A stretch of 45,068 nt of DNA from a virus: the IMG/VR virus record IMGVR_UViG_3300033549_000082, positions 1 to 45,068 of that record; one strand, given 5' to 3'. The notes beneath the pieces were generated by a model, which saw nothing but the letters and a program-made list of their open reading frames with translations, did not search any database and had not been told where the DNA came from. Of the stretch, positions 13,749-22,801 are shown piece by piece. The translations under genes and the position numbers were made by a program. Each line of letters starts with the position of its first letter. Within the stretch, counting starts at the first letter, position 1.

Positions 13749-14101
13749 TAAAGGCAGTTATTGAGATTTTAGAGGAGACTGTAGAAGAGCTAAATAAAAA
13801 TCCTCTTTTTAAACAGATTTATGAGACTAACTATATACTAAAGAACCTTATGGACGCTAAAACTATGCTAATTAACATGACAGAAGAAAATAGCGTCTGC
13901 CCAATTTGTGGTAATGAGTTGATTAAACGTACAGGCAAATTAGGTGTCTTTTATGGTTGCGTCAATTATCCCAGATGTAATTTTACATCTGACAGTCTTT
14001 ATTCAAAAGACATTAAAAAAGGATTAAAAAGACTGGCAGATAAGATTTTAGCTGGAGATGATGCAAAGAGAAAAGATAAGGTTTTTGCGTATAAAAAATA
14101 A
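13745..14101 (+). CDS. zinc-ribbon protein with topoisomerase-type C4 finger
   Basis: CPICGNELIKRTGKLGVFYGCVNYPRCNF matches the CxxC...GC.nyP.C pattern of Topo I C4 fingers. Confidence 0.55.
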   Translation: MIKAVIEILEETVEELNKNPLFKQIYETNYILKNLMDAKTMLINMTEENSVCPICGNELIKRTGKLGVFYGCVNYPRCNFTSDSLYSKDIKKGLKRLADKILAGDDAKRKDKVFAYKK

Positions 14102-14147
14102 TCTGTGGTTAAGAAATAAACGCAGATTAAGAAAAAGGAGATAAAAT

Positions 14148-15167
14148 ATGTACGATTCTTCAACGATGAAAGATTTTATGGTATGCCCAAGAATGTATTA
14201 CTTTAAGAACATTCTGCATTGGCGTTCTAACTCACCTCGAATAGACGCTATGTTCGGTAGTGGCATACATAAATCTGCGGAAGTTTTTCTTCTTGGCAAA
14301 AGGAAGAAGTATAACTTTCGCAAAATCTATGAGGGATTAGGAAAAGACGAGCTTTATTATATAGAGCAATTATACGATAACATTCCTGTTCTTCAACGTG
14401 GATTAGAGGCATTTGACTCCGAGTTTACTGTTGATGAATATGATTATAACACAGTTAAAAACAGGGAAAGAGCGTGGCTATTCCTTCCTTTACTTCATGA
14501 CTACACACAAGAGCTTATGGAAAGATATTCTCTTGTTATGTACGGCGATGTTCCATTGATAGAAGCAGGAGGGCAAATTCTCCTTAACTTAAACCAAGAC
14601 GAATTATCATTCAGAATGGATGCCGTTTTAAGAAATGATAGAAAATATATCTGTTATGATTTCAAGACGTCATCAAGCGGATTTGACTTTGCGTCAAGAT
14701 GGGAACATGAATTTCAAGTTCTTACATATACCTACGCCATGTTGATGGTGTTTGGCGAAAACTCGTTCGATTGTGTAAAGATTGGAGGACTTATCTTTAA
14801 GAAAACCAAGATAGAAAATGGAAGAACACCTCCTCTTGGACATTTTGATATAATTGAAGTAGATATAACACCATCTTTTGGTGAAGTAAAGGAATGGTGG
14901 ACGCAGGCAAATCTTATAGTTAAGGAAATACAAGATAATAAGCAGAGGCTAACACTTGACTTAGAAAAGCCTATAATGGAGTCATTCAGGAAAAATTACA
15001 ACGTATGTCATTTTCAATTCGGAAAGAGGTGTGATTATTTAGACCTTTGCCAACTATGGCAAAATCCTGTAAGAGAATCTCATACGCCACCGATAGGGTT
15101 CATTGTAGAAGAGTGGAATCCTATTCAGCCAAAAGTCAAGATAGGAGACGCTAATGGAAAATGTTAA
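14148..15167 (+). CDS. PD-(D/E)XK exonuclease of the Cas4/RecB family with a Cys cluster
   Basis: An N-terminal Cys (FMVCPRMYYF), the core ICYDFKTS (D-x-K), the QVLTYTYA motif, and C-terminal CHFQFGKRCDYLDLC (3 Cys) fit a 4Fe-4S Cas4-like nuclease. Confidence 0.8.
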   Translation: MYDSSTMKDFMVCPRMYYFKNILHWRSNSPRIDAMFGSGIHKSAEVFLLGKRKKYNFRKIYEGLGKDELYYIEQLYDNIPVLQRGLEAFDSEFTVDEYDYNTVKNRERAWLFLPLLHDYTQELMERYSLVMYGDVPLIEAGGQILLNLNQDELSFRMDAVLRNDRKYICYDFKTSSSGFDFASRWEHEFQVLTYTYAMLMVFGENSFDCVKIGGLIFKKTKIENGRTPPLGHFDIIEVDITPSFGEVKEWWTQANLIVKEIQDNKQRLTLDLEKPIMESFRKNYNVCHFQFGKRCDYLDLCQLWQNPVRESHTPPIGFIVEEWNPIQPKVKIGDANGKC

Positions 15168-15996
15168 TATGACTGCTGGGGAAAAGGAGTTAAGAAGACT
15201 TCTTGAATCGCAAGAAAACTTAACAAAACAACAAAATTTCCTGCGAGCTACAATCTATAGTCCAAAGGGATTTGGAAAGACTCATTTACTAAGAACATGT
15301 CCCTTTCCTATTCATGTTGACTCTTTTGACCCTTCTGGGTCTCAAACGCTTAGTGATTTAAAGACACAGGGAAAGGTTATTGCAGATACGAGGTATGAAA
15401 TTGATACCTTACAAGAACCAAAAGCCTTTGATACATGGGTAACTGAGTTTTATTCAAGAGAAAAAATAGGCTATTGGCAGTATATCTCCACATACGCTAT
15501 TGATAGCCTAACCATGTTTCAAGACGCCATAATGAACAAAATTCGTTATGAGGCGTCAAAAGCAGCACCGACTAAGGAAAAAAAGGCGTTGTATAAAATA
15601 GATGACGTTCCCTGGCAAGATATGTACACCAAACAGATGAACTTAATATATAGGCATATAAGAGTTATGCTGAATTTGCCTTGCCACGTAGTTCTGTTGT
15701 GTCATGATGACCAACAGGTAGATAAAGAAGGTAATGCTAAAGGTAACCTATCAATCCTCACTGTTGGAAAGTTGAGAAAAAAACTTCCAACGCTTTTCTC
15801 TGAGTTATGGAAGTTAGAAATACATAACTTTGTAACAGGAGAGAGGAGACTTTTAACTCAACCAATTTCTGGTACAGATGCAGGCACTCGAATTGGGCAT
15901 GGTGGAAAGTTAGAAAAATATGAGGTGGCTAACATAAGGCAAATCTTGAAAAAATGTGGGTTGCCTTACGAAGACAAAGAAAGGATAAAAATATGA
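15154..15996 (+). CDS. Sak4-like (AAA_24) RecA-fold ATPase, recombination/annealing protein
   Basis: Walker A in ATIYSPKGFGKTHLLRT followed by IHVDSFDPSG. Walker B-like VVLLCHDD. Sits next to the Cas4-like nuclease. Confidence 0.7.
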   Translation: MENVNMTAGEKELRRLLESQENLTKQQNFLRATIYSPKGFGKTHLLRTCPFPIHVDSFDPSGSQTLSDLKTQGKVIADTRYEIDTLQEPKAFDTWVTEFYSREKIGYWQYISTYAIDSLTMFQDAIMNKIRYEASKAAPTKEKKALYKIDDVPWQDMYTKQMNLIYRHIRVMLNLPCHVVLLCHDDQQVDKEGNAKGNLSILTVGKLRKKLPTLFSELWKLEIHNFVTGERRLLTQPISGTDAGTRIGHGGKLEKYEVANIRQILKKCGLPYEDKERIKI

Positions 15997-16139
15997 CCGA
16001 AGAATATGATAGTCCAAAGATAGTCAGGCTTTCTGATTTAGAGCCAGAACCAGAAAAAGAAGAAGAAGAATCTATAACAATAGATGATACACCTTGTCCC
16101 TTTTGTAAAAATCCAAAAGAATTTTGTTCTTGTGAATAA
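15993..16139 (+). CDS. 48-aa acidic microprotein with C-terminal zinc knuckle
   Basis: ATGA start/stop overlap with the Sak4-like gene. The sequence has EPEPEKEEEE followed by CPFCKNPKEFCSC. The ORF track extends it to 15954. Confidence 0.45.
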   Translation: MTEEYDSPKIVRLSDLEPEPEKEEEESITIDDTPCPFCKNPKEFCSCE

Positions 16140-16236
16140 CTTATAGAAACATCAGCCATTTAAACATGGTTGATGTTCAGGCAAAGCCTGCTGATGACAT
16201 AAGTTATTAGATAAAATAAAAGAAGGAGAAAGAAAA

Positions 16237-16710
16237 ATGAACGAAGTTTTCAGGTTAGACCAAGACTTAATAACCGAGATAAGTTCAGCTCAAGAGGTAA
16301 TTGCTGCCGAAAAAGGGGACTATACCATAGAGCTGATAGGATTCGCTGAGGACTCAAATGGAGACATTATAAGAGAAAACAAGTCAGGAAACTACTTTAT
16401 CATGCCTGAGTTCGAAATTTATGGAACTGGACAAGATGAACGTTACAAAACAATAAGGCATTATATAGGTTTGCCATTTAAGATAAATTCTGATGAGTAT
16501 GAAACGCCTAAAGATTTTGCCAGAGCTAAAAAAGCACAACAAAATGCGTTAGTACAATACAGAAATTTCTCCGAAATTATTGGCGCGGTCGGGCAAACGG
16601 AGATACGATGGACTGACTATGTAGGTGCAAAGATGTACGTAAAGCTCGACAAGGTCGAGGACAGCTATGGAGTTAAAAACGAAATAGAGCAATTTATAAA
16701 ACAACTGTAA
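16237..16710 (+). CDS. hypothetical protein; positional candidate for a DUF669-type ssDNA-binding protein
   Basis: 157 aa with AAGGAG upstream. It follows the nuclease/Sak4 pair, where SSB-like genes usually sit. No motif confirmed. Confidence 0.4.
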   Translation: MNEVFRLDQDLITEISSAQEVIAAEKGDYTIELIGFAEDSNGDIIRENKSGNYFIMPEFEIYGTGQDERYKTIRHYIGLPFKINSDEYETPKDFARAKKAQQNALVQYRNFSEIIGAVGQTEIRWTDYVGAKMYVKLDKVEDSYGVKNEIEQFIKQL

Positions 16711-16720
16711 TCTGAAAATT

Positions 16721-16749
16721 CATCTGGATTTATTTTTTAAATCCAGATG
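16721..16749 (+). terminator. 11-bp hairpin with the conserved ATTTTTT loop and no T-tract
   Basis: CATCTGGATTT-atttttt-AAATCCAGATG. The loop is the same as in the 11417-11452 terminator. Confidence 0.4.
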
Positions 16750-16769
16750 AAGCTATTTAGGAGGATAGT

Positions 16770-16994
16770 ATGAAAAGATTAAATGTAGATTTAGAAGATA
16801 GGCACGCTGGATTTCTAAACATATTACCTTATGGTGCTAAAAAAGCACTCTTTCATTGGTTTATAGATATGTTAATTATGAAGTCTATGAAAGACCCGTC
16901 TTTAACGGCTAGGATAGTTTCTGGAGAAATTACCAATGATATAAGCACTTGGATAGAGGCTATAGGAGGAGGAAACGATGTACTCAAGGAATGA
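16770..16994 (+). CDS. hypothetical protein (74 aa)
   Basis: AGGAGG 7 nt upstream. Confidence 0.6.
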   Translation: MKRLNVDLEDRHAGFLNILPYGAKKALFHWFIDMLIMKSMKDPSLTARIVSGEITNDISTWIEAIGGGNDVLKE

Positions 16995-17184
16995 CTTAAT
17001 GTTAAAACTTATCACTTTTAGGTCTCAACGTGTTGAGGTTTGTACTAAGGCTAAGATTGTGAAGGCTAAAAAGATAACGCACGATAAAAAACAAGTAAAG
17101 AAGCTGGACACTTTAGACGATATAATCGTCAAGTCAACGCCAGAAATGAAAAAAACGATAATTGAGATGTTAAAAACTCTTTAG
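16978..17184 (+). CDS. hypothetical basic protein (68 aa)
   Basis: AGGAGGAGG upstream. Overlaps the previous ORF by 17 nt. Confidence 0.55.
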   Translation: MYSRNDLMLKLITFRSQRVEVCTKAKIVKAKKITHDKKQVKKLDTLDDIIVKSTPEMKKTIIEMLKTL

Positions 17185-17194
17185 GAGGTTAGGT

Positions 17195-18565
17195 ATGGCT
17201 ATGAAAGAAAACGTTTTATATGAATCAATTCACTTTTCTAAAATAAAAGAAGGTGAAAGATATAGAAAGGACTACGGTAAAGTAAACGAGCTTGTAGAAT
17301 CTATCCATTCCGATGGGTTGTTTCATCCCATAGGAGTAAGAAAAAAGGGAGATGAATATGAGCTTGTCTTTGGTGGAAGACGCTTCAAAGCCCTCTTACA
17401 ATTAATAGAGGCAAAAAAACATGAAGAGCTTATTCCGTGTAAAATCTATCTGGATGAGCTTACTGAACTCCAACTGAGAGAAATGGAGCTGTCAGAAAAT
17501 CTTTACAGAAAAGATTTAACGTGGTATGAAAGGCAGGTTCTTAGAAAAAGAATCTTCGAGCTTAGGGAGGCAATTTCTGGAAGAAAACCTGCCAGAGTTA
17601 AAGATGGAGAAGGTATAACAATAGAGGAAATTGCTGCGTCATTTGGAATAAGTAAAGCCTCTTTATCAAACGACATCGCTATGCAGAAACAAATAGAAGC
17701 ACTTCCTCCAGATATGAGAGAACACGTTATGGGTGCTCCAACAAGGAGCGATGCAGAGAAAGCCATAAAGAAATTACAGAGTAGAATTATTACTTCTGCT
17801 AATGCGGAAGTGATAAAAAGCCAAATTGATAAAGTTTATAGTGGCTCTATAAAAGCAGCGTTAATAGAATCATATAAACTTAATGATTTTTTTAAAGGTG
17901 TTGAGCGTTTTGATGATAATACCTTTAATTTTATTGAGGTAGACCCTCCTTACGGAATTGGTTTGGTTGAAAGTAAACAAGGGGACGTCATCTCATCCGA
18001 ATATGTGGAAATAAATCATACCGAGTATGATTCATTTATCAATAAGGTTTGTCGAAGTTGTTATAGAGTTCTTCGGGATAACAGTTGGGCGATTTTTTGG
18101 TATGCAATGCCTAATCAACAGCTTTTATGGAACGCTTTGATAAATGCAGGATTTAAATTTGATAAACGTCCTGCCATCTGGAATAAAGAGAAAACAGGAC
18201 AAACAAACAATCCACAACTTATACTTGGAAGTACTTATGAGTTGTTCATATATGCAAGAAAGGGAGTACCACATATACAAAAACAAGGTAGAAGTAACGT
18301 ATTTACTTTTCATGAAGTTCCACCCACCAAAAAAATCCATCCTACAGAAAAGTCCTTAGAACTATATAAGGAAATCTACGCAACTTTTTGTTCTGAAGGC
18401 TCAAATGTTCTTGTATCGTTCGCAGGCAGCGGAGTAAGCTTAATAGCCTGCTATAAACATAACTGTCGTGGAATAGGATTTGATTTAAGCGAAAGTTTTA
18501 GAAACTCTTTTATAGTAAAAGTCGGAGAGTTGGAGAAGGAGGTAAAACATGAAGGGAATAGTTAA
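17195..18565 (+). CDS. ParB-like nuclease domain fused to a beta-class N6-adenine/N4-cytosine DNA methyltransferase
   Basis: N-terminal ParB box FGGRRFKAL. Methyltransferase motif IV is EVDPPYG, followed later by motif I FAGSGVS (order IV then I). Confidence 0.88.
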   Translation: MAMKENVLYESIHFSKIKEGERYRKDYGKVNELVESIHSDGLFHPIGVRKKGDEYELVFGGRRFKALLQLIEAKKHEELIPCKIYLDELTELQLREMELSENLYRKDLTWYERQVLRKRIFELREAISGRKPARVKDGEGITIEEIAASFGISKASLSNDIAMQKQIEALPPDMREHVMGAPTRSDAEKAIKKLQSRIITSANAEVIKSQIDKVYSGSIKAALIESYKLNDFFKGVERFDDNTFNFIEVDPPYGIGLVESKQGDVISSEYVEINHTEYDSFINKVCRSCYRVLRDNSWAIFWYAMPNQQLLWNALINAGFKFDKRPAIWNKEKTGQTNNPQLILGSTYELFIYARKGVPHIQKQGRSNVFTFHEVPPTKKIHPTEKSLELYKEIYATFCSEGSNVLVSFAGSGVSLIACYKHNCRGIGFDLSESFRNSFIVKVGELEKEVKHEGNS

Positions 18566-18917
18566 TTCTATGAAAGAAGAGCTTGATAAACTGGTAGGAA
18601 TAAGCGCAGAAGATAAGTTCATAATTGTTAAGCTGCGTAATAGTATAAAAGAGCTGTCTGCTATAGCAGAAGGAAAAAAAGTATCTTTTAGTGGAGTAGA
18701 TTCTGAATCAAGATACTACGATAAAGGAGGAATTGAAACAATTGACATAATAGCCGCAAAGTTAACTGAAGAACAATTTGATGGCTTTCTTTTAGGTTCT
18801 GCGTTGGCTTATCTTTGCAGATGCAATTTTAAACATGATGATAAGGCAAGAGACGTGGAAAAAGCACAAGTTTACCTTAAATGGTTATCAGAATCATGCA
18901 AACCAAAAAAGGAGTAA
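18549..18917 (+). CDS. DUF3310-family protein
   Basis: YYDKGGIETIDII...FLLGSALAYLCRCNFKHDDKARDVEKAQVYLKWL matches the conserved DUF3310 core. Confidence 0.65.
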   Translation: MKGIVNSMKEELDKLVGISAEDKFIIVKLRNSIKELSAIAEGKKVSFSGVDSESRYYDKGGIETIDIIAAKLTEEQFDGFLLGSALAYLCRCNFKHDDKARDVEKAQVYLKWLSESCKPKKE

Positions 18918-19114
18918 AAGAATGTATTTATGCACGTGAATGTGAGCTTATATATGTACATGATTTTTGTCCTTGTAGTGCTTACACCACAACAATAGAC
19001 CTAAACCAACGTGCATATTTATGTAAGCACTATAAAAAATGCTTAAACACATGGGCATTTAAAGATGTTAAAGTAAAGTGTCCATGTCTTAAATATGAGG
19101 AGATAAAGTTATGA
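18881..19114 (+). CDS. Cys-rich small protein (start uncertain)
   Basis: At least 9 Cys in 72-77 aa. No clear SD. ATGA overlap with the polymerase start. An alternative ATG lies at 18896. Confidence 0.4.
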   Translation: MVIRIMQTKKGVKECIYARECELIYVHDFCPCSAYTTTIDLNQRAYLCKHYKKCLNTWAFKDVKVKCPCLKYEEIKL

Positions 19115-21588
19115 AGCAGTCAATTTTTGTACCTCCATCAGGTAATCCTAACTCTCCATGTCTCGCAATTGTAGGCGAACAAAATGGTGAAGTTGAACTA
19201 AAAATGCGTCAGCCATTTGTCGGACCTACAGGCAGAGAGCTTGAAAAAATATTCAGAGAATTGAGAATCACGAGAAATGAGATATATCTTACCAATACGT
19301 TTAAATACGGTAGTAGTCTTAACATGTATTTAAACATGGTAAAAAATAAGCCTGTCTTGACGCCTTTAGGCACAGAACAAATTAACCTTCTAAAAGATGA
19401 ATTGAGTAAAGTTAAGCCCAGAGCTATAGTAGTTTTAGGAAATGTTGCGTTATATGCCCTAACAGGGGAATGGGGCATAACTAAATATAGAGGTTCTATC
19501 TTTAAACAACCTTTTGGAACAGTAGTTGCTTCAATCCATCCAGCTACCATATTAAGAGGAGAGCCAGAAAATAAGTATCTTATAACTCTTGATATGGAAA
19601 AAGCAATGAGAGTATCCAAAGGATATAAAGAAAGAGAGCCTAACATATTTATAAAGCCTACGTTTAATCAGGCGTTAGACTTTATAGACTATTGTATGTC
19701 TCAAGAGTCCGTAAGTTATGACATTGAAACAACAGGAAGAAGAGGTTACAAGACACAATTAAGTTGTATATCTTTCTCTACTGAGAAGGACGTTATGTCT
19801 ATTCCATTCTTAGGCGAAGGTAATATAAACTACTTTACGCAAGAAGAAGAGGCAACTATAATGGAAGCCATAGATAAGCTTCTATCAAATCCAGACATAG
19901 AGAAGGTAGGTCAAAACCTAATGTTTGACGCATACTTTATGCATTGGCTGTACAGAATTATACCTAAGAATCTTCAAGATACAATGATAGCACAAAAAAT
20001 TCTAATGCCTGAGTTCAGAAAAGGTTTAGATTTTATATCATCTATCTTTATGGATATGAGATATTATAAAGATGATGGAAAGGAGTTTACCCCAGGGAAA
20101 ATAAAAGATTTCCAACAGCTATGGAGATATAACGCTATGGATTCTTATGTTTGTAGTCAAGCATTTCCTGCACAAAAAACGTTGTTGATAAATCAAGGTA
20201 ATTGGGAAACCTATCAATATCAGGTTAAATTGATAGAACCGTTAATGATGACTACATTTAAAGGTATTTATGTTGACCAAAAAAGAATGTCCGATGAGTT
20301 TCTTAGAATGAAGGCTGAAAGCGTACAACTCAAAATTAAGCTTCTTGAGATAGCTCTAAGTAAAGGAGCTAAACCTGATAAGGTAGATAACAAAATGGCG
20401 TCAAGTCATAAACAATTGTCTTACTATTTTTATGATGTTTTAAGATTGAGGAAGTATAAAACTAAGGCAAGAACAGACGGATTTGATGACATTGTGCTAA
20501 ATAGATATATAGCCAACAACATTGAAGAAGCTTCAATAATTCAGAAAATACGGGAGTTAACTAAGCTGTCAAAAACATACCTAGACCCAATGAAGATTGA
20601 TGATGATAGCAGAATCCGTTGTTCTTATGATATTTCTGGAACAAGGTTTTCTAGGTTATCTTCATCTAAGAATTTATTCGGGACTGGCACAAACATGCAA
20701 AACTGGCCACATGAACTTCTAATATACTTAAAGCCTGATAAAGGACATATTTATTGCTCTTTTGATTTAGCTCAGGCAGAAAACAGAATAGTAGCCTATA
20801 CAGCTAACTGTCTTCCCATGATGGAGGCATTTGAAACAGGTAAAGATATGCACAAAAGGACAGCAGCACTAATATTTAAGAAGCCAGAAGACTTGATTAG
20901 TGATGTTTCTGGTAGTGCCGTCTTGGGAGGAGTAGCTACAAGATTTTCAGAAAGGGCAATTGGAAAGAAGGCAAATCATGGATTAAACTATAAGGAAAGT
21001 CCTAATGGGTTTGCGGTCATAAACGCCATGACGTTAAAAGAAGCAACATTAGTACACAATACTTATCATAAAGTTTATCCTGAAATATCGAGGGCTTTCT
21101 GGGGTTACTGTAATGAAAGTCTTATAAAAAATGGCTGTATTACTAATCTTCTTGGAAGAGTTACCGTCTTTCACGGAGACCGTTCAAGCGAAGAGGTTAG
21201 AAGAAAGGCTTACAGCTGTATTCCTCAAGGAACAGTGGGAGACCTAATGAATCGTTATGGAATTTTATATCTATACCATTTTATGGACATAACTCCCATG
21301 AATCAAATTCACGACTCATTAGGATTTCAACTTCCATTAACATTATCATGGACTTGTATAGCACAAAGGTTAATCATGATAAAAGCAAATCTTGAAAAAG
21401 AACTAACATGCCCTAACAAAAATGTCTTTACAATTCCAGCTGACTTAACAGTTGGAAAAACGTTAAGAAAGGAAAACGAAAAGGGAAAAGCTCCAATTGC
21501 CTTTGAGTTAAAAGGAAAAAAGATGAGTAGTAACGTAAATGAATTATCTGAACTATTGGAGGCAAAATGGAAAGACCTCGAAGAGTGA
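19111..21588 (+). CDS. family A DNA polymerase with 3'-5' exonuclease and an N-terminal UDG-superfamily (family 4-like) domain
   Basis: UDG-like motifs: VGEQNG (versus GE[AG]PG), PFVGPTGRELE, IHPATILR. Exonuclease motifs: SYDIETTG, NLMFDAYF. Polymerase motif A SFDLAQAENRIVAY, motif B RAIGKKANHGLNY, motif C QIHDSL. Confidence 0.93.
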   Translation: MKQSIFVPPSGNPNSPCLAIVGEQNGEVELKMRQPFVGPTGRELEKIFRELRITRNEIYLTNTFKYGSSLNMYLNMVKNKPVLTPLGTEQINLLKDELSKVKPRAIVVLGNVALYALTGEWGITKYRGSIFKQPFGTVVASIHPATILRGEPENKYLITLDMEKAMRVSKGYKEREPNIFIKPTFNQALDFIDYCMSQESVSYDIETTGRRGYKTQLSCISFSTEKDVMSIPFLGEGNINYFTQEEEATIMEAIDKLLSNPDIEKVGQNLMFDAYFMHWLYRIIPKNLQDTMIAQKILMPEFRKGLDFISSIFMDMRYYKDDGKEFTPGKIKDFQQLWRYNAMDSYVCSQAFPAQKTLLINQGNWETYQYQVKLIEPLMMTTFKGIYVDQKRMSDEFLRMKAESVQLKIKLLEIALSKGAKPDKVDNKMASSHKQLSYYFYDVLRLRKYKTKARTDGFDDIVLNRYIANNIEEASIIQKIRELTKLSKTYLDPMKIDDDSRIRCSYDISGTRFSRLSSSKNLFGTGTNMQNWPHELLIYLKPDKGHIYCSFDLAQAENRIVAYTANCLPMMEAFETGKDMHKRTAALIFKKPEDLISDVSGSAVLGGVATRFSERAIGKKANHGLNYKESPNGFAVINAMTLKEATLVHNTYHKVYPEISRAFWGYCNESLIKNGCITNLLGRVTVFHGDRSSEEVRRKAYSCIPQGTVGDLMNRYGILYLYHFMDITPMNQIHDSLGFQLPLTLSWTCIAQRLIMIKANLEKELTCPNKNVFTIPADLTVGKTLRKENEKGKAPIAFELKGKKMSSNVNELSELLEAKWKDLEE

Positions 21589-22757
21589 AGGATTGGATAT
21601 CTGCTTATGAGGAGTATAACGCAGACATTGAAAGTCCAGATAGTTATATTCATTGGGCGGCAATATCAACGGTAGCTGCTGCTCTTAGAAGAAAAACTCG
21701 ATTAAGTTGGGGACAAGAGAATTTTTATCCTAACTTTTATGTTCTCTTAATTGGGCCGAGTGGAATTAGGAAAACTACCTCCTTAAAAGCAGGAGGTAGA
21801 TTATTAGACGATTTAATGATTCCAACCACAGGTGAAAGTGTAACAAGAGCCGCTCTTATAAAGGCTCTTGAAGAATCTGTTGATTCTATCGTTGATACTA
21901 AGGAGGGAACAAGTTATACTCACTGTTCTCTTACTGCCCATATCTCTGAATTTGCTACATTTATGGGCTATAAAGACACACAATTCATAAATGACCTTTG
22001 CGACCTTTATGATTGCAGAGAGAAGTATCGCAAAAGAACTACTACACAAGGGAATAATTATATAAAAGGGGTGTTCTTTAATCTAATAGCTGCAACCACT
22101 CCTGAAAGTCTTAACGACTTGATTCCTCATGAGATGATAGGATTAGGGTTATCCTCAAGAATAGTTCTGGTATATGAAAGAAGACCAAGAACGAGAAATT
22201 CACAGCCATTTTTTTCATTAACACCACAAGGAAAAAGTCTATATGAAGACTTAAAATATGACTTGTCATCAATAGCAGCTCTAAGCGGAGATTTTAAATA
22301 TACAGATAGATTCATGACTATATATGACAAATGGTACATAGGAATGGATTTTGTATCTCCGTTTAAAGATAGTCGTTTTGATGGCTACTGGAATAGGAGG
22401 CAAGTTCACTTACTTAAACTATGTATGATTTACTCCGTTAGCAAATCAGATAGCCTTATTATTGATGAAGAATGCTTTAATAGGGCTTTAAGTACGTTAG
22501 AGAAAACAGAAGTAAATATGCACTTATCTTTCTCTGGTGTAGGGCATAGTTCTTATGCTCCACTAATTCCTAAGATTTTAGCTTATATAGGGATGCAGAA
22601 GGAGGCAACTATGGCAGACCTATTAGAGAAGTTTCATCTTGATACTACCCTTACAGAGATGGGGAAAATTTTAGATACGTTAATTATGGCAAGGGCTGTA
22701 ACAGTTACTCTTGTAGGGAAGGAAAAGATATACAAGTTTAAGGGAAGTCCAATCTAA
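21567..22757 (+). CDS. P-loop NTPase, DUF3987-like; candidate replicative helicase or loader
   Basis: 396 aa. Walker A is LLIGPSGIRKTTS, about 65 aa from the N-terminus, preceded by WAAISTVAAAL as in DUF3987 proteins. Last gene of the replication operon. Confidence 0.4.
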   Translation: MERPRRVKDWISAYEEYNADIESPDSYIHWAAISTVAAALRRKTRLSWGQENFYPNFYVLLIGPSGIRKTTSLKAGGRLLDDLMIPTTGESVTRAALIKALEESVDSIVDTKEGTSYTHCSLTAHISEFATFMGYKDTQFINDLCDLYDCREKYRKRTTTQGNNYIKGVFFNLIAATTPESLNDLIPHEMIGLGLSSRIVLVYERRPRTRNSQPFFSLTPQGKSLYEDLKYDLSSIAALSGDFKYTDRFMTIYDKWYIGMDFVSPFKDSRFDGYWNRRQVHLLKLCMIYSVSKSDSLIIDEECFNRALSTLEKTEVNMHLSFSGVGHSSYAPLIPKILAYIGMQKEATMADLLEKFHLDTTLTEMGKILDTLIMARAVTVTLVGKEKIYKFKGSPI

Positions 22758-22768
22758 AGTCAAAAAAT

Positions 22769-22797
22769 AAACCCAGATGATTATTTCATCTGGGTTT
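22769..22797. terminator. bidirectional intrinsic terminator between the convergent arms
   Basis: AAACCCAGATGA-ttatt-TCATCTGGGTTT, flanked by an A-run upstream and a T-run downstream. Confidence 0.8.
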
Positions 22798-22801
22798 TAT
22801 T

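Noticed and set aside
17195-17700. ParB-like domain as evidence for a plasmid-prophage partition system
   Set aside because: It is the N-terminal domain of a DNA methyltransferase fusion, a common phage architecture. No ParA or parS-like centromere repeats accompany it.
19209-19646. Antisense or shadow ORFs inside long genes: 832-1044, 4008-4223, 5584-5817, 7285-7619, 8067-8360, 8481-8846, 9670-9954, 10765-11034, 14694-14933, 15929-16159, 17503-17766, 18125-18359, 19209-19646, 21327-21653, 21813-22339, 23646-23834, 26031-26258, 26912-27118, 27487-27732, 28614-28850, 30077-30301, 33333-33593, 37319-37876, 38484-38699, 39228-39428, 39600-39965, 40182-40367, 40716-41376
   Set aside because: Each lies fully within, and opposite to or out of frame with, a longer ORF that has an SD and recognisable motifs. 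They lack ribosome-binding sites and have low-complexity or hydrophobic shadow-frame composition.
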